This document shows positions 10,698 to 21,734 of a stretch of 64,000 bases of DNA, in pieces. This DNA comes from Candidatus Latescibacterota bacterium (GTDB lineage: Bacteria > Latescibacterota > UBA2968): positions 1,984,001 through 2,048,000 of the forward strand of contig OZ241986.1 of the NCBI GenBank assembly GCA_965204375.1. Direction: 5' to 3'. How positions within the stretch are numbered: position 1 is the first letter of the stretch; every line of letters begins with the position of its first letter. The position numbers were made by a program, and so were the translations under genes. The notes beneath the pieces were generated by a model. The model searched no databases and was not told the DNA's origin. It was given only the letters and a program-made list of their open reading frames with translations.

Positions 10698-11837
10698 TTG
10701 TCGTCAGCACTTGCCCGAGAAATAACCAACCTGCGCCTGCCCGCGCTTGCCCTCTGGGCACCAGGCCCGCACATGCTCACCCCGGCGGTCCGCAGGGTTT
10801 TGCAAACATATCAGGCGACCTATTCCCACCGATCCACTGCATTTCAAGCCTGCTATCAAAAAGCAGTGGATTTGCTGCGCGAGATTTTTCAAATACCACG
10901 CGGATTTACGCCGCTCATCTTCGGTCACACTGGCAGCTACAACTGGGAAATGGTCGTCACCAATACGCCCTGCAATAGCGCAACACTGGGTCTGGACATC
11001 GGTGCTTTTTCCCAAAAATGGGCACAGGTCTTCACAAGTCACGGACGCAACATCGACATCTTAAAAGCCGACTGGGGCGAAGGCATCTGCGCTCGGACCT
11101 GGTTTAACGCCATTGCCAAAAACTACGATCTCGCTCTTTTGACCCACAACGAAACATCTACCGGTGTTATGCTACCCGTACAGGAAATGTGTGACACCAT
11201 CCGCAACACATCTCCCAAAACCCTGATTGCCATTGACGCAGTCAGCATTGCAGGGGCATCAGATACACCGATTGAGACCCTGCGCCCCGACTACTATCTC
11301 TGGAGCCTGCAAAAAGACTTTGCGTGTCCCACCATCGGCTCTGTCATGATTGTATCAGACCGCGCGTTTGACATCGCAGCCAACACGCCAAACCGCGGTT
11401 ATGTCCTGGACTTGATCGAATGGCGAACGCGCGCAAAAACAGCCCAAACCCCGATGACCGTACCCGACCTTACTTTACAATGCCTGAGTGCTCGCCTCGA
11501 AGAAATGAAACGAGAAGGCGACCAGCGCTTCAAACGCCACGAGAGCCTCGCCCACATGCAACGCGAATGGGCAAAAAAACACGACCTGAGCCTCCTGGCC
11601 AAACCGGGATACGAGAGCCTGACCGTAAATGCCATCCTCTTACCGGACCACATTTCGGGTTCCGATTTCGTCGATCGCGCAAAAAAATTGCTCAATGTTC
11701 AACTCGCCCCGGGCTATGGCGATACCAGAGACAAAGCCTTTCGCATTGCAGCTATGGGCCACACATCGGAACGCGATATGCGGCGCGTACTCAAGGGCCT
11801 CTCGCTCATCCTCAACAACTGGTCAAAACTCGAGTAA
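10698..11837 (+). CDS. Class V PLP-dependent aminotransferase (serine-pyruvate/alanine-glyoxylate type)
   Basis: PGP, HNETSTGV, DAVS, SLQK (PLP lysine) and FRIAAMG motifs. The ORF-track start overlaps the tRNA, so TTG 10698 after GGAG is preferred. Confidence 0.85.
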   Translation: MSSALAREITNLRLPALALWAPGPHMLTPAVRRVLQTYQATYSHRSTAFQACYQKAVDLLREIFQIPRGFTPLIFGHTGSYNWEMVVTNTPCNSATLGLDIGAFSQKWAQVFTSHGRNIDILKADWGEGICARTWFNAIAKNYDLALLTHNETSTGVMLPVQEMCDTIRNTSPKTLIAIDAVSIAGASDTPIETLRPDYYLWSLQKDFACPTIGSVMIVSDRAFDIAANTPNRGYVLDLIEWRTRAKTAQTPMTVPDLTLQCLSARLEEMKREGDQRFKRHESLAHMQREWAKKHDLSLLAKPGYESLTVNAILLPDHISGSDFVDRAKKLLNVQLAPGYGDTRDKAFRIAAMGHTSERDMRRVLKGLSLILNNWSKLE

Positions 11838-11841
11838 TCCC

Positions 11842-12666
11842 ATGCCACCTCCCACCTCCATGATCTGCCCAGGCTGTGGCTACCTCATCAATACCGATGA
11901 GAAAAAATGCCCCCATTGCGGTGCTTATAATCCCAACCTCTGGGGTATCGGTCCCGCGCTGAACCGCCTTTTTGGCGGTCGCATCGATGTCCTCACCCTG
12001 ATACCCACCGCGTGTATTGCCCTTTACGCAGTCAGTCTATTGCTCGACCTCGGCGCCGCACTGTCGATGGGCGGCGGGCTTTTTGGCATGCTAAGCCCCG
12101 GCAATATCCCGCTGATCGTTCTCGGCATGACCCACGGCGAAGCACCCTGGTGGACCGTACTCACCGCGACATATCTCCACGGCAGCCTCCTCCACATCCT
12201 GTTCAACGTCTTGTGGATCCGGCAACTCGGTCCCGAGGTCGGGCAGTTCTTTGGACCCGCGCGCTATTTTATCATCTACACAGTCGCAGGGGCTGTCGGC
12301 TTTATCCTATCCAATCTGATCTCTGGCTACCCCACCGTAGGCGCTTCAGGGGCTATTTTTGGACTTTTTGCCGCCATCATTGTGTACGGCCGCAAGCACA
12401 AAACACAGATGATGTCACTCATGACGCGGCAGATGTGGCAATGGGCCATCATGCTATTTGTCCTGGGCTTTCTCATGAGCGGCGTCAACAACTGGGCGCA
12501 TCTGGGTGGTTTTATCGGCGGCTGGATCGCAGCACAAATCCTCGTGTCAAGTGCAGAATACCGCGAAGGGCGCATCACCATTCTCATAGCCCTGATCTGT
12601 CTCCTCCTCACCGTCCTCGGCTTTGTCCTCTCAATTTTAGAATACTTCCCACTTCTCCTGTCCTGA
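11842..12666 (+). CDS. Rhomboid intramembrane serine protease with N-terminal zinc ribbon
   Basis: CPGCG...CPHCG, HGSLLHILFN, GASG (catalytic S) and AHLGGFIGG (catalytic H). Confidence 0.88.
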   Translation: MPPPTSMICPGCGYLINTDEKKCPHCGAYNPNLWGIGPALNRLFGGRIDVLTLIPTACIALYAVSLLLDLGAALSMGGGLFGMLSPGNIPLIVLGMTHGEAPWWTVLTATYLHGSLLHILFNVLWIRQLGPEVGQFFGPARYFIIYTVAGAVGFILSNLISGYPTVGASGAIFGLFAAIIVYGRKHKTQMMSLMTRQMWQWAIMLFVLGFLMSGVNNWAHLGGFIGGWIAAQILVSSAEYREGRITILIALICLLLTVLGFVLSILEYFPLLLS

Positions 12667-12673
12667 CACAAGC

Positions 12674-14281
12674 TCACTCCCTCAATCTCCCATCCACAGG
12701 CTCAGGTATCCATGAACCAGTAATACCCAGATCGCTGTGAATAACCTGGGCTGCATTATAACCCGGCAAACCAGTCACATTGCCGCCGGGATGACAGCAA
12801 GACCCACAAAGATACAGCCCTTCAAAATACCCGCGATAATGCCCGGCACCGGGAAAAGGACGGTTATAGCCCGTCTGCCCATTTGTAAACGCACCAACGA
12901 GCAAATCCCCCTCCCGCATATTGGGCAATGCACGCTCGACATCCAGTGGACTGCGAACAAAAGAATCGATCACACAATCCTTCAAATTCGGCGCGTATTC
13001 AGACCACATATCCAGCATATCGCGGCCAACCGCATCCCGCTGGCGATCCCAGTTTGCAGAATCGCCATACAGGTGAAACGGCAACTTCTGCCACATAAAC
13101 GCCGTGTGTTTGCCCAGAGGAGCCTGTGTGGCATCAAAATGCGTTGGACACGCGCCCCACATCACAGTAGGCGGAATCGTCCCCTTTTCGTGGTGGGCAA
13201 CAATATCCCCATATTGATCCGCGTGCTCCAGCCCCAGAATAACCATCAGCGCATCCGCCACTTCTGGGTGTTTTTCCACAGCGCAATAACGCGGCGGTTC
13301 ATCCAAATTCAAATGGAGTGCGAACAGCGGAGCCAGCATATTGTACTGAAATCTCTCGACCCGATTCTGCCAAGTATGGGGCAACGCCTCGCGGTCAATC
13401 AAATCGAGAAACGTCTGATGGGGATTCAAGCTGGACACGACCACAGGCGCTTTGATATACTTGCCATCCACCGTCTCAACACCTCTAACGCGATTATCCT
13501 CCACCACAATACGCCCGGGTTCGGTTTGCAACCAGATCTCGCCGCCCATCTCAGAAATAGCAGCAACCAGCGCGCGCGCCAGCCCTGCGGAACCGCCCAC
13601 ACACATCTGCGCTTTCCCCTTGCTCGCCAGCAAAGCTGGTATATGGTGTCCAAAACCTCTGGCGCGCAAATCCACTTCGCGCAGCCCATTAAAAAACAAC
13701 AACCCGGCTCGAATAATCGGGTGTTCAAATTCCCGATTTACAAACTCGAGCGGGGAAAGCGCGCTGACCTCGAGCAACATCTTTCCCTCTCGGGTCTGCG
13801 ACAGAATCTCTTGCCTCAGTTCTTGCGGCAAAGGCGGCGCCTGTGCCTCTACAGACAGAATATTTCGCACAACGGGATCAAACGCACCGCGCCATCGCCG
13901 AAGTGTCTGGACATCCTTCTTGCTAAACCGCGCAAAACTATCTTCGGTGCGTTCAAAATCCGTGTACCATTTCAGCACATCGCCATTTCTCAGCACAAGA
14001 GCCACATTCAGTTCGGGTTCAATATAGCGCGCACCATATCGTTCCAGATGCAAATCGCCAAACCACGGCATTTGCGTGATGGCGCGATGAAAAAAAGAAT
14101 GCGTATTGTGCAAAAAACCCGGATAACGGGGGTCTTCAACAGTCGCCAGCCCGCCTCCGGGTTTATCCGATCGCTCGAGGCAAATCACATTGAGTCCTGC
14201 GCGACACAAATACGCCTGCAAAATGAGGCCATTGTGCCCGGCACCCAGCACAATCGCATCAAAGCTTTTATCCTCTCCCAT
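12674..14281 (-). CDS. Phytoene desaturase-like FAD-dependent oxidoreductase
   Basis: GAGHNGL dinucleotide-binding motif and C-terminal LYLCGSCCHPGGNVTGLPGYNAA. Confidence 0.85.
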   Translation of the reverse strand: MGEDKSFDAIVLGAGHNGLILQAYLCRAGLNVICLERSDKPGGGLATVEDPRYPGFLHNTHSFFHRAITQMPWFGDLHLERYGARYIEPELNVALVLRNGDVLKWYTDFERTEDSFARFSKKDVQTLRRWRGAFDPVVRNILSVEAQAPPLPQELRQEILSQTREGKMLLEVSALSPLEFVNREFEHPIIRAGLLFFNGLREVDLRARGFGHHIPALLASKGKAQMCVGGSAGLARALVAAISEMGGEIWLQTEPGRIVVEDNRVRGVETVDGKYIKAPVVVSSLNPHQTFLDLIDREALPHTWQNRVERFQYNMLAPLFALHLNLDEPPRYCAVEKHPEVADALMVILGLEHADQYGDIVAHHEKGTIPPTVMWGACPTHFDATQAPLGKHTAFMWQKLPFHLYGDSANWDRQRDAVGRDMLDMWSEYAPNLKDCVIDSFVRSPLDVERALPNMREGDLLVGAFTNGQTGYNRPFPGAGHYRGYFEGLYLCGSCCHPGGNVTGLPGYNAAQVIHSDLGITGSWIPEPVDGRLRE

Positions 14282-14286
14282 AGCTA

Positions 14287-15105
14287 TTACCAGTAGCGTT
14301 CTATATGTATCTGCCCGGGATCTCTCCGCTTGTGCTCCTTAAAACCCTCTGAAATCAAAATTTCTGTCACATCATCGCACATATAGGGATTACCACATAC
14401 AAACACATGCGTATCTTCCGGTGTTGGATGCCCACCCCAAACCTCATCGAGCGGGCCATCTGTCCACAAATTCTGCACATAGCCCGTATGCCCGCTCCAC
14501 GCCACATGCTCATTTGCCGGACGACTAATCTGGGGAATATAAATAAAATTAGCGCATAAATCCTGCATCATCTCCAATTCTGACCGATATCCCAGATCCC
14601 ATGAATGTCGCGCCCCGTGCAACACCACAAAACGCCGCTCTGTATTTTCTTTCAAATAAGTCCGAAGCATACTCATATAAGGCGCCAAGCCCGTACCCGT
14701 CGCCACCATCACGACATTTTTATTTGGCGGAACATCTTGCAGCGTAAACATGCCCGTAATTTTGGGGCCCAACCAGAGGCGGTCACCAATTTCGAGTGCA
14801 AATAGCCTGGGCGTCAACGCCCCTGACCTCACCAGAGTAATATAAAACTCGAGGTATTCTGTTGCCACCGAAGAAGATGCAATAGAATACGCCCGCCGGA
14901 TCAAGCCTCTCTGCGGCTTCTCATAATCTTCGGTAGGGTCTGAATACTCTGTGCGGGGTGCTTCGGGAGGCAATCCGATCACGCCAAATTGCCCGGCTTC
15001 AAAAGCTGGCAATTCCCATCCGTCGGGCACAACGCGAAGAATAATCAAATCGGGGGTCACTTCAAGACGCTGTGTCACAACGGCATTGAGTTCATCCTTC
15101 GGCAA
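14287..15105 (-). CDS. fpr: Ferredoxin/flavodoxin-NADP+ reductase
   Basis: RAYSIAS, ATGTGLAP, CGNPYM and a C-terminal ERYW aromatic end. Confidence 0.88.
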   Translation of the reverse strand: MPKDELNAVVTQRLEVTPDLIILRVVPDGWELPAFEAGQFGVIGLPPEAPRTEYSDPTEDYEKPQRGLIRRAYSIASSSVATEYLEFYITLVRSGALTPRLFALEIGDRLWLGPKITGMFTLQDVPPNKNVVMVATGTGLAPYMSMLRTYLKENTERRFVVLHGARHSWDLGYRSELEMMQDLCANFIYIPQISRPANEHVAWSGHTGYVQNLWTDGPLDEVWGGHPTPEDTHVFVCGNPYMCDDVTEILISEGFKEHKRRDPGQIHIERYW

Positions 15106-15115
15106 ACCACCCTCC

Positions 15116-16162
15116 TTAAGCTAAAGTTATACCAACTGCCTGTCCTGTTTCGCAAATCTGTCGCCAGGTCTCATCATCTATATCTACACCATGGGCTTCT
15201 TTCTCCCGCCGCATGCGCGCTTCCATCTCACCCGGCATCAAAATCTCATCGAACCCGGGCGCGAGCCGGGCACTCTTCAAAAATTGTACAAAAGATTGCA
15301 TCTCATCGCTAAATTGATCGCGTCCGACAAAAGCCCCAATATCCAGCGCCATGATAAACACCCCATTGCCGCCAGAAAGCGCTCCCTCGCGGCTACAACC
15401 ACCGCCACCGAGTGCGCCAGACAAAACATCGACTACCACAGAAAGCGCGTAGCCCTTATGCGCTGAAATCCCGCCAAAAGGCAAAATAGCTCCTCTGGGT
15501 GGACCGTAAAACTTTGCAGGATCCGTCGTCGAATCACCTTCTGCATCAACAACCCAACCTTCGGGTAGCGATTCCCCCAAATTGCGCTTCACCCGGATTT
15601 TCCCTTCCGCGACAACACTCGTAGTTAAATCCACGACAATCGGAAAATCGCCCCCCGTGGGAATACCCACGGCAATGGGATTGGGCGACATACGTGCATC
15701 AATGCCGCCAAACGGATGCTGAAGCAATCCCCCTCCGTGATTGTTGCACATCACAATACCGATCATCTCGGCCTCAGCAGCGACCTCCACATATTCACCC
15801 AAACGCCCAATATGCCCGCTATTGAAAAGCTCGACCACGGCAACCGACCGCTGTTTTGCCTTCTCCATTGCCAGTGCCATAGCCTGATGGCAAACAGTTT
15901 GTCCAAACCCCCAACCACCATCGACAACTGCCGAAGCATCGGCCTCGCGCACAACCGCGATCTCCTGCCCGGCGTGCACGCGCCCCTCCTCAAGTGCCTG
16001 AACGTATTGCACCAGGCGAATCACACCGTGGGAATCGTGCCCCATCAAATTGGACAACACCAGCGAATGCGCAATCTGGCGCGCTTCTTCCGCGCTCAAA
16101 CCCGCGCCTTCAAACACCTGTGTACAGGCCCCTTTGAGCCTTTCAACATCCAGAACAGGCAT
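15116..16162 (-). CDS. Ldh_2 family (malate/L-lactate/sulfolactate type) dehydrogenase
   Basis: GHDSHG, HIGRLG, NPIAVGIP, HKGYAL and MPGE motifs. Confidence 0.88.
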   Translation of the reverse strand: MPVLDVERLKGACTQVFEGAGLSAEEARQIAHSLVLSNLMGHDSHGVIRLVQYVQALEEGRVHAGQEIAVVREADASAVVDGGWGFGQTVCHQAMALAMEKAKQRSVAVVELFNSGHIGRLGEYVEVAAEAEMIGIVMCNNHGGGLLQHPFGGIDARMSPNPIAVGIPTGGDFPIVVDLTTSVVAEGKIRVKRNLGESLPEGWVVDAEGDSTTDPAKFYGPPRGAILPFGGISAHKGYALSVVVDVLSGALGGGGCSREGALSGGNGVFIMALDIGAFVGRDQFSDEMQSFVQFLKSARLAPGFDEILMPGEMEARMRREKEAHGVDIDDETWRQICETGQAVGITLA

Positions 16163-16230
16163 ACATCCTCCTCACCAGATCAGAATCGGGCCATAATCTA
16201 CCATTAACGGGCATAATGGTCAATAATTGA

Positions 16231-16259
16231 GTAGGTGCGGGTTTCAAACCCGCACCTAC
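16231..16259. repeat. GTAG-type REP-like palindrome
   Basis: GTAGGTGCGGGT-TTCAA-ACCCGCACCTAC, a perfect 12-bp inverted repeat. Confidence 0.75.
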
Positions 16260-16285
16260 ATGAAATAGGCAAAAGATTTTTCCCT

Positions 16286-16313
16286 TACAACCCCTTGTTC
16301 ATCTGTGTAAAAC
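16286..16313. repeat. Truncated copy of the TACAAC...GTTCATC repeat
   Basis: TACAAC-CCCTT-GTTCATC, continuing as ATCTGTGTAAAAC, which is identical to 45154-45166. Confidence 0.5.
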
Positions 16314-16349
16314 ACCTTCTTTTTTTTGCGTAACGTCAATTTTTAATTT

Positions 16350-16736
16350 TCAAAGCATCTTCTCTTTGCGATGCACCAGTTGTACGCAAACGCCCCAGGG
16401 ATCGCGCAGCATCGCCAGCGTATCCCCTGCATCCGTAGGCGTGGGTTCCTGCACAACTGTTGCACCCGCCGCTTTCAAACGCGCAAAATCGGCCTCGATA
16501 TCCTCAGTCGCATAAGCAAAATGCAATGCCAGATGGTGCATCGAAGCATAATCTGGCGTCTCTACTTCTGGCTGATGATAAAGCTCGTACATCGTCTCCC
16601 CCTCCGAATCCGCCACAAACGTCATCTTGATAGGCGGTGGCCCCTGGCGCACAACGCGCATGCCCAGATTATCGCAATACCACTTTGCAACCTCATCGGG
16701 ATCATCAACCACAAAAGCAATGTGTTCAACCTTCAT
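16350..16736 (-). CDS. VOC/glyoxalase family protein
   Basis: EHIAFVV...WYCDNLG, HFAYATED and LRDPWG motifs. Confidence 0.85.
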   Translation of the reverse strand: MKVEHIAFVVDDPDEVAKWYCDNLGMRVVRQGPPPIKMTFVADSEGETMYELYHQPEVETPDYASMHHLALHFAYATEDIEADFARLKAAGATVVQEPTPTDAGDTLAMLRDPWGVCVQLVHRKEKML

Positions 16737-16759
16737 CTCTTTCTCCTTGTTAAAATGAT

Positions 16760-16784
16760 GGACAGATTTACGGGTCTGCCCTAC
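16760..16784 (-). repeat. GTAG-type REP-like hairpin overlapping the oppF stop codon
   Basis: Minus strand reads GTAG-GGCAGA-CCCGTAAA-TCTGTCC. The TAG in GTAG is the oppF-like stop. Confidence 0.55.
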
Positions 16785-17794
16785 CCCGTCATACCTTCCA
16801 ACTGCAATACATCGCTCAAATGACAGCGCACCGCATGCCCCGGCGCGATCTCGCGCAATTCAGGAACTTCCTCCTTACATCGATCCTCAGCATAAGAGCA
16901 ACGCGGATGAAACGCGCATCCCGAAGGCGTATCCCCGGGGTCCGCCACCTCGCCAGACAGCAAAACGCGCTTCTTCTTTCGCCTGGGATCCGGATTGGGC
17001 ACCGCCGACAAAAGTGCCTCGGTATAGGGATGCGCGGGACTTTGAAAAAGCTGATCAACCGAAGCCAATTCCACAACCTTACCCACATACATCACAGCCA
17101 CGCGGTCAGAAATATGGCGCACCACACTCAAATCGTGCGCGACAAACAAATACGTCAACCCGAACTTTTCTTGCAACTCCTGAAGCAAATTGAGCACCTG
17201 CGCCTGCACAGAAACATCCAACGCGGAAACGGGTTCATCCGCCACGATCAGCCTGGGATGCAATGCCAGTGCCCTCGCAATGCCAATGCGCTGCCGCTGC
17301 CCACCGCTAAAAGCGTGTGGATACCGCCGCAAAAAATGGGGATTTAACCCCACCTGAACGAGCAATTCCCGCACCCGCGTCTCTCGTTCGTGGCGATCTG
17401 CGACCCCATTGACCAGCAGCGGTTCACCAATAATATCGAGCACCGTCATACGCGGATTCAAAGAGGCGTAGGGATCTTGAAAAATCATCTGCATATCTCG
17501 GCGCAGCGACTTGAGCACATCATGGGGTGCCCGTGCAACATCGACCTCCTCGCTATCCTTGCGAAACCACACCTCGCCAGCCGTGGGGGCTATCGCCCGC
17601 AAAATTGTGCGCCCAACCGTTGTTTTACCCGACCCACTTTCCCCAACCAGCCCCAGGCACTCGCCCTCAAACAAATCAAAACTCACGCCATCTACGGCTT
17701 TGACCTGACCGACAACCGTATTGAAAAAACCGCGCGTAATGGGAAAATGCTTTTTCAGGTCACGCACCCGCAACAGAGCGTTCTGTTCATGCAT
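16781..17794 (-). CDS. Oligopeptide/dipeptide-type ABC importer ATPase (OppF/DppF-like)
   Basis: [27 protein letters not shown] and a C-terminal GCAFHPRC domain. Start placed at MHEQ, overlapping the upstream ATPase stop. Confidence 0.92.
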   Translation of the reverse strand: MHEQNALLRVRDLKKHFPITRGFFNTVVGQVKAVDGVSFDLFEGECLGLVGESGSGKTTVGRTILRAIAPTAGEVWFRKDSEEVDVARAPHDVLKSLRRDMQMIFQDPYASLNPRMTVLDIIGEPLLVNGVADRHERETRVRELLVQVGLNPHFLRRYPHAFSGGQRQRIGIARALALHPRLIVADEPVSALDVSVQAQVLNLLQELQEKFGLTYLFVAHDLSVVRHISDRVAVMYVGKVVELASVDQLFQSPAHPYTEALLSAVPNPDPRRKKKRVLLSGEVADPGDTPSGCAFHPRCSYAEDRCKEEVPELREIAPGHAVRCHLSDVLQLEGMTG

Positions 17795-18794
17795 CGCGCA
17801 CATCCTCCCCATAAAGCACACACGCCACCCCATGCCCATCTCCAACAGTGAGCAATTCTGGCCTATCGCCCGTATTGCACACCCCGTCCTGCGCCACTTC
17901 ACATCGCGGATGAAAAGGACACCCCTGCAATTGCGTATAGGGGTCGGGCACAGACCCCCTGATCGTCTGCAACCGCGTCTTTCTCATCCGACTCATTCCC
18001 GGGATAGACTCCATCAGCGCCTGCGTATAGGGGTGTTTGGGATTTTCAAAAATCTCCTCTGTCGCCGCGTGTTCCACAATGCGCCCCATATACATCACCG
18101 CAACCTCATCTGCCATCTCTGCAACCACACCCAAATCGTGTGTAATCAGCATAATCGACATCTGGAATTCGTCTTGCAAATCGCGCATCAAATCCAGTAT
18201 CTGCGCCTGAATGGTGACATCTAATGCCGTCGTGGGTTCATCGGCAATCAACAGTGCCGGACGGCACGAAAGTGCCATGGCAATCATCACGCGCTGTCGC
18301 ATCCCGCCGCTCATCTCGTGCGGATATTGTGCAAATCGCCGCTCAGCATCTGGAATCCCAACCCGATCCAGCATATTTACGGCGAGTGCCCGCGCTTCTT
18401 CACCCCGCAAATCGAGATGCAATCGAATCGCCTCCACAATTTGAAACCCCACCGTATGCACCGGACTCAACGACGTCATCGGCTCCTGAAAAATCATCGC
18501 AATTTCGTGCCCGCGAATCGCGCGAATATCCTCGCCTTCCTCGTCCAGATCCGTCAAATAAATCTCGCGGTCTGGACGGTGCAAAACAATCTCACCCGCC
18601 ACAATTCGTCCGGGCGATGACACCAGACGCAATGCCGAAAAAGCCGTCACACTCTTCCCGCATCCACTCTCGCCCACAATCCCCACCGTCTTCCCTCGGG
18701 GAATATCCATCGTCACGCCATCCACAGCGCGAACCGTTCCCTCATCGAGAAAAAAGTGCGTCTTCAAATTATTTATGGTCAGCACATTGTCCAA
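17787..18794 (-). CDS. Oligopeptide/dipeptide-type ABC importer ATPase (OppD/DppD-like)
   Basis: [27 protein letters not shown] and GCPFHPRC motifs. Confidence 0.93.
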   Translation of the reverse strand: MDNVLTINNLKTHFFLDEGTVRAVDGVTMDIPRGKTVGIVGESGCGKSVTAFSALRLVSSPGRIVAGEIVLHRPDREIYLTDLDEEGEDIRAIRGHEIAMIFQEPMTSLSPVHTVGFQIVEAIRLHLDLRGEEARALAVNMLDRVGIPDAERRFAQYPHEMSGGMRQRVMIAMALSCRPALLIADEPTTALDVTIQAQILDLMRDLQDEFQMSIMLITHDLGVVAEMADEVAVMYMGRIVEHAATEEIFENPKHPYTQALMESIPGMSRMRKTRLQTIRGSVPDPYTQLQGCPFHPRCEVAQDGVCNTGDRPELLTVGDGHGVACVLYGEDVRDA

Positions 18795-18795
18795 A

Positions 18796-19548
18796 TCACA
18801 CGGCCCCTTTTGCCCGCTTTATAAACGCCTTTGCACCCTCTTGCAACCACCCGGTACTATTCACCAGCAGCATCTGCACCCCGGCAGCGGCGAATTTGCC
18901 CACATTGTCCGACGAAGTCATCGTACCGGCTATACGCCCCGACGCGATGATCTTTGCAAGCGCGTCGTCAATCGTCTTTTGCACCACTTTATTTTCCAAA
19001 TCGCCAATATATCCCATCGACGCCCCCAGATCTGAAGGCGCAACAAAAAACACATCGATCTGATCCACAGTCAGAATTTCATCCAGATTCTCCACCGCGA
19101 CGATGTCTTCAATCAAAATGGTGAGCAACACCTCGTCATTCGCCTTTGCAAAATAATCCTCAACGTCATAGCCCTGCCGGCTCGTGAACATACCGCGCTG
19201 GCCAATGGGTGCAAACCGCCCACCCGCCACTACGTTTTCCGCTTCTTCGCGCGTATTCACATGCGGCACCACAATACCCTGCGCCCCCCTGTCCAGCGTG
19301 CGATAAATAAGCGTCTGATCGTTGCGATTCACGCGCACAATCGACGTCATGCCCCACAAATCACAGGCGCGCGTGAGATTGCCCAACTCGTCAAAAACCA
19401 TCGGACCGTGCTCCCCCTCAATCCATATCCCATCAAAATTCGCGGGACCAAATGCGTCGATATCATCCGCGTGCGTAAATCCACCAGCGATATACGCCTG
19501 TTCGCCGCGTCGCAACTTGCGTTTTACTAGATTCTGTCGAAGTTCCAT
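18796..19548 (-). CDS. HpcH/HpaI class II aldolase family
   Basis: IEGEHG, LDRGAQGIVVPHV, IED and FVAPSDL motifs. Confidence 0.88.
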   Translation of the reverse strand: MELRQNLVKRKLRRGEQAYIAGGFTHADDIDAFGPANFDGIWIEGEHGPMVFDELGNLTRACDLWGMTSIVRVNRNDQTLIYRTLDRGAQGIVVPHVNTREEAENVVAGGRFAPIGQRGMFTSRQGYDVEDYFAKANDEVLLTILIEDIVAVENLDEILTVDQIDVFFVAPSDLGASMGYIGDLENKVVQKTIDDALAKIIASGRIAGTMTSSDNVGKFAAAGVQMLLVNSTGWLQEGAKAFIKRAKGAV

Positions 19549-19560
19549 AAGTCTAATCTC

Positions 19561-20694
19561 CTAACGTGAATAAGGATCGGCAGCGTCGCGCAGACCGTCG
19601 CCGACAAAATTAAATGCGAGCACAGTAATAATTACAAAAATTACAGGCGTCAAAAGCCACGGCTGAAAAGCCACCGCCTGCACATTTTGCGCCTCTTTGA
19701 GCAACACCCCCCAACTCGTCACCGGAGGACGCAATCCAAGACCGAGAAAACTCAGCGATGTCTCGCCCAAAATCATACCCGGCACAGCGAGCGTCAAACT
19801 CACGATAATATGGCTCATAAACGAAGGCAGCAGATGCCGCGTCATAATCCGCCAGCGACTCGCGCCGGCAAGCAGCGCAGCAGTTGCAAAATCCTCTTCG
19901 CGCAACGACAAAATTTTCCCGCGCACCTGCCGCGCCAAACCTGTCCACCCAATAAAGGACAGCACAACCGTAATACCCATATAGATCTGCAAAGGCGACC
20001 ACGACGAAGGCAGCGCCGCCGCCAGTGCCATCCACAGCGGAATAGACGGAAACGACCTGAGAATCTCAATCCCGCGCTGAATGAGATTGTCGATCCACCC
20101 CCCGTAGTACCCGGACACCACACCGATCACCAGACCAAATACAAAACTCAATGTCACCCCCACCAGCCCTATCGTCAGCGAAATGCGCGAACCGTAAATA
20201 ATCCTCGAAAGCAAATCTCGCCCGAGATGATCCGTCCCCAACAAAAAAAGCGTGCCCCCTTCATCAACTCCAAAAAGATGGACATCCGTCTCAAACAGGC
20301 CCCAGAACCGATAGGGCGCACCCCGCACAAACAAGCGCACAGCATAGCGCTGCTCTCGATCTTCTATGTAGAACTTCCGAAGCGTTTCCGGATGCCGCAC
20401 CCCCTTGATCCCATACACAAACGGCCAGAAATGCACGCCTTCATCCGACACAAATTGCAGACGCTGGGGCGGAGCAAACGCGTAGGCAACCTGCCGATGA
20501 TTGAGCGTATAAGGCGCCAAAAACTCGCAAAATACAGCCACCACATAAAGCGCGACAATAACCATCCCCGCAGCCATTGCCAGGTGATGCTTGCGAAACT
20601 TCCACCACATCAACTGCCACTGAGACGCAGCATACGCTTCCGTTTCTCCGGTCTGAACATCTCGCTCGCCAACCTCTTCCCGTGGCATAGCCAT
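19561..20694 (-). CDS. ABC importer permease (OppC/DppC-like)
   Basis: LGTDHLGRD, ETSLSFLGLG and GDGLRDAADP motifs. Confidence 0.93.
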   Translation of the reverse strand: MAMPREEVGERDVQTGETEAYAASQWQLMWWKFRKHHLAMAAGMVIVALYVVAVFCEFLAPYTLNHRQVAYAFAPPQRLQFVSDEGVHFWPFVYGIKGVRHPETLRKFYIEDREQRYAVRLFVRGAPYRFWGLFETDVHLFGVDEGGTLFLLGTDHLGRDLLSRIIYGSRISLTIGLVGVTLSFVFGLVIGVVSGYYGGWIDNLIQRGIEILRSFPSIPLWMALAAALPSSWSPLQIYMGITVVLSFIGWTGLARQVRGKILSLREEDFATAALLAGASRWRIMTRHLLPSFMSHIIVSLTLAVPGMILGETSLSFLGLGLRPPVTSWGVLLKEAQNVQAVAFQPWLLTPVIFVIITVLAFNFVGDGLRDAADPYSR

Positions 20695-21690
20695 CTAATG
20701 CTCCCCCTCTTCGTAGCGAATGCGCGGATCGAGCCACAACAACAAAATGTCTGAAATGAGCGTACCGACAAGCGTCAACAGACTCAACATCATCACCATA
20801 CTCCCCGCCAAATACATATCCTGATTCATAAGCGCGCGCAACAACAGCGGTCCCGTCGTCGGCAAGCCCAACACCACCGACGTAATGGTCGCCCCAGACA
20901 CAATACCCGGCAAAACCCATCCCACAGTACTGACGAGCGGATTGAGCGCCACGCGCACCGGATACCGCATCAGCAACACCCAGTAGCGCACGCCTTTGGC
21001 GCGGGCAGTCATCACGTATTGCTTCCGCAATTCATCCAGCAAATTGCCCCGCATCACCCGTATCAACCCCGCCGTACCCGACGTGCCAATCACAATCACC
21101 GGAATCCACAAATGCCCGAGCAAATCGAGAAATTTGCCAAAAGACCACGCCGCACTCTGGTATTCCGGTGAAAACAATCCTCCCGCACTCACCCCAAACA
21201 CGGAATACCCGATGTACATAAAAACGAGCGCGAGCAAAAAATTGGGCGTCGCAAGCCCGATAAAGCCCAAAAACGTAAAGCAATAATCTGGCAGTGAATA
21301 CTGCTTCACAGCCGAATAAATCCCAACCGGAATCGCCAGTGCCCACGTCACCAGCAGCGTCACAATCGAAATAATAGATGTCAACAAAATGCGTTCGCCA
21401 ATCAGCTCTGTCACGGGCCGGTTCCACTCAAACGACATTCCCAGATCGCCCTGCACCATCCCGACCAACCACCGCCAGTATTGCACCATAAAAGGCTGAT
21501 CGAGATTGTATCGCGCCCGCAGTGCTGCAGCCTGCGCCTCATCCACCGTCTCCCCCGTTTCCCCCAGCGCAGCAATATACGACGTGAGATAATCCCCCGG
21601 TGGAAGCTGGATAATCGAGAATGAAATGAATGAGATGATTACCATGGTGGGTATCATCCATAATAGGCGTTTAATGATGAGAATGAGCAT
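20695..21690 (-). CDS. ABC importer permease (OppB/DppB-like)
   Basis: PPGD, GDLGMSF, YVMTARAKG and LDPRIR motifs. Confidence 0.93.
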   Translation of the reverse strand: MLILIIKRLLWMIPTMVIISFISFSIIQLPPGDYLTSYIAALGETGETVDEAQAAALRARYNLDQPFMVQYWRWLVGMVQGDLGMSFEWNRPVTELIGERILLTSIISIVTLLVTWALAIPVGIYSAVKQYSLPDYCFTFLGFIGLATPNFLLALVFMYIGYSVFGVSAGGLFSPEYQSAAWSFGKFLDLLGHLWIPVIVIGTSGTAGLIRVMRGNLLDELRKQYVMTARAKGVRYWVLLMRYPVRVALNPLVSTVGWVLPGIVSGATITSVVLGLPTTGPLLLRALMNQDMYLAGSMVMMLSLLTLVGTLISDILLLWLDPRIRYEEGEH

Positions 21691-21734
21691 ATAAAAATTT
21701 TCCTGGAGGTGAAAGCAACCTCAGATACAAAAAC

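Noticed and set aside
12737-14296. 519-aa plus-strand ORF, and similar long antisense ORFs such as 19687-20754, 18224-19063 and 60838-61608
   Set aside because: They mirror well-supported genes on the opposite strand and have no recognisable domains.
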